A stretch of 32,000 nt of DNA from Ignavibacteriales bacterium (GTDB taxonomy: Bacteria; Bacteroidota; Ignavibacteria; Ignavibacteriales; Ignavibacteriaceae): positions 376,593 to 408,592 of the forward strand of contig JADJMD010000013.1 of the NCBI GenBank assembly GCA_016709765.1. The letters are read 5' to 3'. The stretch's first letter is position 1; each line of letters starts with the position of its first letter. Below are positions 25,938 to 32,000 of this stretch, in pieces. A program made the translations under genes and the position numbers. The notes under the pieces were generated by a model. The model did not search any database. It was not told where the DNA came from and was given only the letters and a program-made list of their open reading frames with translations.

Positions 25938-28900
25938 ATGAAATTCACAGAAGAACAATTGGAAAAAGCTGTTGTTGAGTTATTTGAATCTGTACATATT
26001 CCTCATCTGCACGGTGAAACGATTCATAAAGAAATCAGCGATGTTCTGCTTCGCGATGACTTAAAACAATTTCTCTTTACTCAGTATGCAGATGACAATA
26101 TTACTCCAAACGAAGTTCAATCAATTATTCGCCAATTAGATATTCTTCCCTCTTCATCATTATATGATAGTAATAAAACTTTTCTAAGTCTGTTAGCCGA
26201 TGGTTTTACAATAAAACGCGAAGATAGAAGCAAAAAAGATTTATTCATCCAGCTTATAGATTATAATCCTATTGTAAACTTTCAATCGGATTTATTTAGT
26301 AATACGATTCTGAAAGCAGCCGAGCCGAAATCAGATTACAAAGCACAAGACAACAACATCTACAAATTTGTTAACCAGCTTGAAATTCAGGGCTATGAAA
26401 AACGTATTCCTGATGGAATTTTATATATAAATGGCTTGCCTCTTGTTGCAATTGAATTCAAGAGTGCAATTAAAGAAGAAACAACAATTAAAGATGCTTA
26501 TACACAATTAACGATTCGCTACAAAAGAGATATTCCGGAACTATTTAAATACAATGCGTTCTGTGTAATTAGCGATGGAGTAAACAACAAAATAGGTTCG
26601 CTATTTGCAAAGTATAATTATTACTATGCCTGGCGCAAGATAAATCCTGAAGATGAAGCAGTTGATGGTATTGATTCACTTTATAGTATGGTTAAGGGTT
26701 TATTTAATAAAACCAGATTGCTAGATGTTATTCAAAACTTCATATATTTCCCTGATAGTGCAAAAGATGATACAAAAATTGTCTGTCGTTATCCCCAATA
26801 TTATGCAGCAAGAAAAATTTTCGAGAATATAAAACTCAATATGCGTCCGGATGGAAATGGTAAAGGTGGTACTTATTTCGGTGCAACAGGTAGCGGCAAG
26901 AGTTATACTATGCTTTATCTTAGTCGAATATTAATGAAAAGTACTCACTTCAAAAGTCCTACAATTATTTTAATTACTGATAGAAAAGATCTTGATGATC
27001 AGCTTTCAGCACAATTTACAAATGCAAAAAAATTCATTGGTGATGAAAATATAATAAGTGTTGAAAGTCGTGAGGAATTAAAATCCCACCTTAAAGACAG
27101 AAAAAGCGGCGGCGTATTCTTAACAACTATTCACAAATTTACTGAGGCTCTTGAACTGCTCACTGATAGAGCAAATGTCATTTGCATTTCAGATGAAGCT
27201 CATCGTTCACAAATAAATCTCGATCAAAAAATTGTAGTCACTGCTAAAGGTGTTGAGCGTAAATATGGTTTTGCAAAATTTTTGCACGATTCATTGCCTA
27301 ATGCAACTTATGTCGGCTTCACCGGCACTCCTATAGATGCAACTCTTGATGTATTTGGAAATGTTGTCGATGCATATACGATGAAAGAATCAGTCGCTGA
27401 TGAAATTACAGTAAAAATAGTTTACGAAGGCAGAGCAGCAAAAGTCTTACTGAATGAAGCTAAGTTAAAGGAAATTGAAGAGTACTATAAAAAATGTGCA
27501 GCAGAAGGGGCAAACGAATATCAGATTGAAGAAAGTAAACGGGCAACAACTCAACTTGAAGCCATATTGGGTCATCCGGATCGTATAAAGTTATTGGCAA
27601 AGGATTTTGTCGAGCATTACGAAAAAAGGATAGAGGAAGCTGCTACGGTAAAAGGTAAAGTTATGTTTGTTGCGGCAAGTCGCCCCATTGCTTTCAGTCT
27701 TTACAATGAAATTATAAAATTAAGACCTGCCTGGATTGAGATAAAGGAATGTGATGCAGGTATCGAGCTTAGTGAAAATGAACGCAGAGAAATTAAACCT
27801 TCTGAAAAAATAAAACTTGTAATGACTCGCAGTAAAGATGATCCTAAAGAACTCTGGGATTTAATAGGTACAAAAGAATATCGCAAAGAATTAGATCGTC
27901 AATTCAAGAATGATAAATCTAATTTTAAAATTGCAATCGTTGTTGATATGTGGATTACTGGTTTCGATGTACCGTTCCTTGATACTATGTATATAGACAA
28001 ACCGATTCAACAGCATTCACTTATCCAGACTATTTCAAGAGTCAACCGTGTTTATGAAGGCAAAGAAATGGGTTTGGTAGTAGATTATATCGGCATTAAA
28101 AGTAATATGAACATCGCTCTTGCTAAATATTCAAAAGTAGATGCAAATGATTTTGAAGATATCAATAAAGCAGTTATTCTTGTAAAAGATCAGCTCGACT
28201 TATTATCCAAACTCTTTCATCAGTTTGATACAACTGCTTATTTCCAGGGAACACCTTTGCAGCAGTTAGGATGTCTGAATCGTGGAGTGGAATTTGTACA
28301 GCTCACCGATGAATTGGAAAAAAGATTTGTAAATCTCACAAGAAAATTACGCTCTGCATATAATCTTTGCTGCAATAGCGATGCAATATCCCGCACCGAA
28401 AGAGATCATATTCATTTCTATCTCGCTATCAAAGCAATCCTCCACAAACTCACAAACGGTGATGCGCCGGATACTGCCCAGATGAATGAACAAGTTAGAA
28501 AAATGATTGTAGAAGCATTAATAAGTGAGGGTATTGAGGAAATATTCAAATTGGATGAAAGCGATCCAAAAAATAATTTGGATATTTTTAGTGAAGATTA
28601 TATGGCCAAAATAGATAAGATAAAATTACCGAATACTAAAATTAAATTGTTACAGAAACTTTTATCTCGTGCAATATCAGAATTCAAAAAAACTAATAGA
28701 ATCAAAGGCATAGATTTTTCGCAAAAGCTCAGAAAACTTGTGGAGCTTTATAACGAACGCAAAGATTTTGAAGTATTTAAAAGTGATGTATTGGATGACG
28801 TTGCTGAACAATTCACAAACTTATTCGAAGAATTAAAAAAAGAACGAAACTCATTTATTGAATTGGGAATTGATTTCGAAGAAAAAGCATTTTACGATAT

Positions 28901-29159
28901 TCTAAAATCAATTGCTGAAAAATATAAATTTGAATATCCGCACGATAAATTAATTGTGCTATCAAGAGCGATAAAAATAATCATTGATGATAAAGCTAAA
29001 TACACAGACTGGTCGCATCGTGATGATATAAAAGCTGAATTAAAAGTGGATCTGATTTTAATCCTGGCAGAACATGGCTATCCACCAGTTCCAAAAGATG
29101 AAGTCTTCAAAGAAATTTTTGAACAAGCAGAAAACTTTAAAAAGTATTCAAGCATTTAA
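25938..29159 (+). CDS. hsdR: Type I restriction enzyme, endonuclease/translocase subunit R
   Basis: 1073 aa. N-terminal PD-(D/E)xK-like PDGILYINGLPLVAIEFKS, Walker A GATGSGKSYTM, DEAH box ISDEAHRSQ, motif III GFTGTP, motif VI QTISRVNR, and a long helical C-terminal domain. Confidence 0.95.
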   Translation: MKFTEEQLEKAVVELFESVHIPHLHGETIHKEISDVLLRDDLKQFLFTQYADDNITPNEVQSIIRQLDILPSSSLYDSNKTFLSLLADGFTIKREDRSKKDLFIQLIDYNPIVNFQSDLFSNTILKAAEPKSDYKAQDNNIYKFVNQLEIQGYEKRIPDGILYINGLPLVAIEFKSAIKEETTIKDAYTQLTIRYKRDIPELFKYNAFCVISDGVNNKIGSLFAKYNYYYAWRKINPEDEAVDGIDSLYSMVKGLFNKTRLLDVIQNFIYFPDSAKDDTKIVCRYPQYYAARKIFENIKLNMRPDGNGKGGTYFGATGSGKSYTMLYLSRILMKSTHFKSPTIILITDRKDLDDQLSAQFTNAKKFIGDENIISVESREELKSHLKDRKSGGVFLTTIHKFTEALELLTDRANVICISDEAHRSQINLDQKIVVTAKGVERKYGFAKFLHDSLPNATYVGFTGTPIDATLDVFGNVVDAYTMKESVADEITVKIVYEGRAAKVLLNEAKLKEIEEYYKKCAAEGANEYQIEESKRATTQLEAILGHPDRIKLLAKDFVEHYEKRIEEAATVKGKVMFVAASRPIAFSLYNEIIKLRPAWIEIKECDAGIELSENERREIKPSEKIKLVMTRSKDDPKELWDLIGTKEYRKELDRQFKNDKSNFKIAIVVDMWITGFDVPFLDTMYIDKPIQQHSLIQTISRVNRVYEGKEMGLVVDYIGIKSNMNIALAKYSKVDANDFEDINKAVILVKDQLDLLSKLFHQFDTTAYFQGTPLQQLGCLNRGVEFVQLTDELEKRFVNLTRKLRSAYNLCCNSDAISRTERDHIHFYLAIKAILHKLTNGDAPDTAQMNEQVRKMIVEALISEGIEEIFKLDESDPKNNLDIFSEDYMAKIDKIKLPNTKIKLLQKLLSRAISEFKKTNRIKGIDFSQKLRKLVELYNERKDFEVFKSDVLDDVAEQFTNLFEELKKERNSFIELGIDFEEKAFYDILKSIAEKYKFEYPHDKLIVLSRAIKIIIDDKAKYTDWSHRDDIKAELKVDLILILAEHGYPPVPKDEVFKEIFEQAENFKKYSSI

Positions 29160-29172
29160 TTTGGTATGGTCC

Positions 29173-29856
29173 ATGGCAAATCAAAAATGGTATGAAAAGG
29201 CTACTGTCCAAGCTGCACTAGTAGCAATCGCTCCCTCAATTATTACAGCAATTATTGCAATCATTTCTATCGTGTTGACTTATAAGGCTGCTAATACCCA
29301 AATTGAATTAAATAAAGATCAATACGAACGTGACAGTATTAATTCAGCACTTCAACTTGAATTAGTTCTCAAACAAATTGAATTGGCGAACAGAAGTTTT
29401 TTAAATGATAGTGTTATCAGTCTCCAACAATTAAACATTACAAGAGAAAATTATAGATTATTAGAATCTGAAAGAAATATTAAGAGATCTGCCGATTGGG
29501 GAAAGTTACGTAATACTATGTGGGCAATATTTGATTTAACAACTTCAGGTGCGCATGGATTTGTTGCTTTAGATAGCCTTTCTGAAAAAGAAAAGGAAAA
29601 TAGAAGTAATAAAATTTTGATCCTGCTAAATTCTGAAATAGACAATCCTGTATTAATTGATAATAAAAAATGTCTAGGTTACTGGCGTAACGCAATATCA
29701 AAATCTAAAAACCTTAAAGACAAAGCACTAGCCAATCACTTTAAATTTTCTGAGCAAGTATCATCTTTAATGAATGATGTAATTGTTGTATGGGCAGAAT
29801 TAGTTTTAGACTCTAAAGAGGTATCTCCTACTGGCGGGAAACCGATAATAAAATAA
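29173..29856 (+). CDS. Membrane-anchored protein of unknown function, co-oriented 13 nt downstream of hsdR
   Basis: The track ORF begins at 29074 inside hsdR. The first ATG after the hsdR stop is 29173 (MANQKWYEK...). One TM (VQAALVAIAPSIITAIIAIISIVLTY) is followed by a coiled-coil-like soluble region. No family recognised. Confidence 0.5.
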   Translation: MANQKWYEKATVQAALVAIAPSIITAIIAIISIVLTYKAANTQIELNKDQYERDSINSALQLELVLKQIELANRSFLNDSVISLQQLNITRENYRLLESERNIKRSADWGKLRNTMWAIFDLTTSGAHGFVALDSLSEKEKENRSNKILILLNSEIDNPVLIDNKKCLGYWRNAISKSKNLKDKALANHFKFSEQVSSLMNDVIVVWAELVLDSKEVSPTGGKPIIK

Positions 29857-30077
29857 GGTATGAAATTTAAATAATCTAGTTCTAATTGAAATATTCAATT
29901 TTACCAGCTGGCTGGTCCAATTCTTTTCAGTGTCGCTTAAGTATCCAAATGAATAAACCTATTCTCATAAAACCCAATTCCTATACTACCAGCTTTCGAC
30001 AAAAACTAAAATTATGTAACTAAGTCAAGAATTGGGGTATAAGAAGGATATACTAACAACTAATTAGGAGTGTTACT

Positions 30078-30785
30078 ATGTCCTTCACTATTGGTGCAGA
30101 TCCTGAGTTGATCTGCCACAGAAACGGTCAGTTTGTTCCTGCTCATAATTTTTTCAAGAGTAATAGTTCATTTGGTTTAGATGGATGTGAATCAACTGCT
30201 GAGATTCGTCCAGGTCTTTCTGAATCCCCTGTTGATCTAACTTCAAAGATTTATCAAATCTTAGATTACGGTCACGACAAAGCACCTGACCTTGAGTTCA
30301 TATCAGGACACTACGTGAATGATTATTCAATAGGTGGTCACACACACTTTTCTATTGATCCACTTCCTGAGATTATAGATGGACTGGATATTGTTTTAGG
30401 TTCACTTAGCAACTGCATTGATGATAAAATGCAGAGACAGAAAAGAGAACGTTCTGGTTATGGTAAGAAAGGTGCATACAGAAGAAAATCTTACGGTTTT
30501 GAATATCGTACACCAGGAAGTTTTCTTCTATCACCTTCTGTTACACTCGTTCACTTCACGCTTGCAAAGCTTACTGTTGTCGGTGTCCTTGAAGACAAGG
30601 TAGATTTCAACGAATTAAAAAATCGTCAACATTCCTGTACATTTCTTAAATCACTCAAACATTCATTGCACACAATTCCGGATGATTGCAGAGAAGGCCT
30701 TAAAGAACTTGATACACTTCTAGGTAAAAGACTAAACTGGAATCAGGACATACTTCCAAACTGGGGATTAAGGAGGGCAGCATAA
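30078..30785 (+). CDS. Amidoligase-like (glutamine-synthetase/GCS2-fold, Amidoligase_2-like) protein
   Basis: 235 aa with SD AGGAG at 30066-30070. It has four ordered blocks: IGADPELI, FGLDGCESTAEIRPG, IGGHTHFS and YGFEYRTPGS. They resemble the GxExE, GxHxH and ExR blocks of carboxylate-amine ligases. The assignment is from memory only. Confidence 0.45.
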   Translation: MSFTIGADPELICHRNGQFVPAHNFFKSNSSFGLDGCESTAEIRPGLSESPVDLTSKIYQILDYGHDKAPDLEFISGHYVNDYSIGGHTHFSIDPLPEIIDGLDIVLGSLSNCIDDKMQRQKRERSGYGKKGAYRRKSYGFEYRTPGSFLLSPSVTLVHFTLAKLTVVGVLEDKVDFNELKNRQHSCTFLKSLKHSLHTIPDDCREGLKELDTLLGKRLNWNQDILPNWGLRRAA

Positions 30786-31384
30786 TGCACTGTCATAATT
30801 GTGAAGATGAACTCCGTGATGATCAGGTGCGTTGGGCATTTGAAGAACCATATTGTGAAGATTGTTTTGATAATATGTTCAATTACTGCTGCAGATGTGA
30901 TGGAGTTATCTACAGAGAATCCGCTCACTATAACGATGAGGGAGATCCATATTGTTCAGATTGCTATGAAAGTAATTATGATGACGATGCGCCCGACAAT
31001 CCTGCTGTAAGCGATAGTGACAGAGAACTTGTTGTAAAACTTTCACGAAGCTGGCTGCAGGGAAAGATTGAAACAAGGCGACCTCTATTTATAAACGATA
31101 AAGATATTTTGCTCAGAACAATCAAAGACAAAGTTGGATTAGTTGATAATCCAATCTATGTATTTGGTTTAACCGACAGAGATGAATATCAATTATCAGT
31201 AAGTGCTGATCTGTTTGATAAAGTTCAAACCTTCGTTCAGCTTAATGATCTAAAAGCAATTGTTGTATCCAGTCCTGGATGTAACAGACTTGGGATATCA
31301 TTAACACTTCGTAAGAATAATCAGAAAGAAATAATTGAGCTGATTAAACAGATCACCACGGTAAGAGAACTGGTTCCCGCCTAA
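30785..31384 (+). CDS. Double zinc-ribbon (4x CxxC) protein with acidic linker and unknown C-terminal domain
   Basis: 199 aa. C3xxC6-x17-C24xxC27-x7-C35xxC38-x18-C57xxC60, then YESNYDDDAPDNPAVSDSD. Its start overlaps the upstream stop (TAATG), with SD AAGGAGG upstream. Confidence 0.6.
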   Translation: MHCHNCEDELRDDQVRWAFEEPYCEDCFDNMFNYCCRCDGVIYRESAHYNDEGDPYCSDCYESNYDDDAPDNPAVSDSDRELVVKLSRSWLQGKIETRRPLFINDKDILLRTIKDKVGLVDNPIYVFGLTDRDEYQLSVSADLFDKVQTFVQLNDLKAIVVSSPGCNRLGISLTLRKNNQKEIIELIKQITTVRELVPA

Positions 31385-31407
31385 TCATTAACAAGGAGTA
31401 AAATATA

Positions 31408-32000
31408 ATGTGTGGAATAATGGGCTGGTATAGCTTCGGCAATACTCTGCCCGATAAAGATAAAATAACAAATATGTTTTCATTGCTTGAAAGCCGTGGG
31501 CGTGATGCCAGCGGCATTTGTTTTATAAAAGATAATAATCTTATAGTTCACAAAGATGCAATGAAGTCTTCTGAATTTGTAAAGACTGATGACTGGAAAG
31601 AACTTGTACTTCCCTCTTCAATGATCCTACATACGAGAATGAAAACTCAGGGATCAGAGAAGAACAATGCAAACAATCATCCTCTGTTCTCAAAGAATGG
31701 AATTGCAATTGTACACAATGGAATCATCTATAACGATAAAGAAATCTTTGGCAAGAAAGAACGTGATGCAGAGGTTGATTCAGAATCAATACTTCATCTT
31801 CTTTCAATGAAAGTTAAGGGAGATAAAATTAAAAGACTCTTTGATAAAGTAGAAGGTTCTTTTGCAGTTGCTATGCTTGATAAATATTTCCCTGAAAGAT
31901 TAGTTCTTATCAAAAAAGATAATCCAATTGATCTGTATTACGATTCAAAGGATGATATTCTTTATTTCTGCAGTGAACGAGAAATTATGCAGGAAGCATT
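31408..32000 (+). CDS. Class-II (Ntn) glutamine amidotransferase domain protein, 3' end beyond the window
   Basis: Not in the ORF track because it is open-ended. SD AAGGAG at 31393-31398. My translation is MCGIMGWYSF...LLESRGRDASGICF...ILHTRMKTQGSEKNNANNHPLF...AIVHNGIIYNDKEIFG...AEVDSESILHLL...VEGSFAVAMLD...LYFCSERE. That gives the Cys2 nucleophile and the canonical GAT-II blocks. Confidence 0.85.
   Translation, partial: MCGIMGWYSFGNTLPDKDKITNMFSLLESRGRDASGICFIKDNNLIVHKDAMKSSEFVKTDDWKELVLPSSMILHTRMKTQGSEKNNANNHPLFSKNGIAIVHNGIIYNDKEIFGKKERDAEVDSESILHLLSMKVKGDKIKRLFDKVEGSFAVAMLDKYFPERLVLIKKDNPIDLYYDSKDDILYFCSEREIMQEA

Noticed and set aside
29074-29172. The 5' extension of the 260-aa track ORF, overlapping the last 86 nt of hsdR
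   Set aside because: The extension (MAIHQFQKMKSSKKFLNKQK...) lies inside the well-supported hsdR C-terminus. The first ATG after the hsdR stop (29173) gives a sensible N-terminus just ahead of the TM helix.
29884-29916. The palindromes AATTGAA-ata-TTCAATT and ACCAGC-tg-GCTGGT downstream of the 227-aa gene, as a regulatory site
   Set aside because: They are AT-rich or have a 2-3 nt loop, with no convincing T-tract. They may be a weak terminator or chance palindromes. They are mentioned only as a possible transcript end.
487-31010. Short ORFs in the track that lie antisense to, or out of frame within, larger genes: 487..675, 820..1092, 1701..1883, 1916..2203, 2878..3129, 3346..3561, 4221..4412, 5490..5693, 12913..13104, 13918..14118, 15874..16083, 15933..16160, 21664..21891, 22443..22655, 23291..23512, 24440..24685, 25025..25408, 27701..27886, 29451..29645, 29516..29701, 30418..30603, 30743..30928, 30801..31010
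   Set aside because: Each is fully nested in a longer ORF that has clear family motifs. Their translations are low-complexity (I/L/F/S/K-rich) with no motifs. They are typical shadow ORFs.
1-32000. A scan for CRISPR arrays, tRNA/rRNA genes, IS elements, integrases and long direct repeats
   Set aside because: I saw no spaced direct-repeat array, no T-loop (GGTTCGAA-like) or rRNA-like conserved stretches, and no transposase or integrase motifs in any listed ORF. By-eye scanning cannot exclude short or degenerate elements.

Overview
This is a 32-kb, gene-dense, AT-rich bacterial chromosomal segment. The protein styles and one TAnnTTTG-type promoter element hint at an FCB-group organism (Ignavibacteriota or Bacteroidota), but that is only a guess. 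It falls into three blocks. (A) 1-10.1 kb, minus strand: envelope proteins and a complete YbhGFSR-like ABC-2 efflux operon (TetR, TolC-family, HlyD-type adaptor, two ATPases, two permeases), plus a second TetR. Both TetR genes carry the same upstream palindrome. (B) 10.2-18.6 kb, minus strand: a nitrosative-stress/NO-type cluster. It holds a DsrE-like protein, an Rrf2 (NsrR/IscR-like) regulator and a heme-copper-oxidase (HCO) pair. HCO subunit I has Asp where the helix-6 CuB His and the cross-link Tyr should be, and subunit II has lost every CuA ligand (NOR-like; gNOR-type by my recollection). The cluster also has a Crp/Fnr regulator, DUF2249/DUF1858 proteins, a 12-TM protein built from three copies of an HCO helix-2-like module plus a one-module paralogue, DUF59, a 2x[4Fe-4S] ferredoxin, a secreted His-capped protein and a cupin. 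(C) 19.4-32 kb: an accessory/defence-type island. It contains a frameshifted AlkB-like dioxygenase, a small HD (SpoT/Mesh1-like) hydrolase, and a ~1.2-kb nearly non-coding stretch with a structured element and a 44-codon ORF. It also contains a Type I R-M operon ordered hsdM-hsdS-[ABC-type ATPase with unknown C-terminal domain]-hsdR (PrrC/rlo-like arrangement) and a membrane-anchored unknown protein. The island ends with a tightly coupled operon (amidoligase-like protein, double-zinc-ribbon protein, class-II glutamine amidotransferase) that runs off the window. The best candidates for undescribed biology are that last operon, the R-M-embedded ATPase and the non-canonical HCO cluster. I recognised no rRNA, tRNA, CRISPR array, transposase or integrase. 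All family assignments come from motif recognition by eye; no searches were run.
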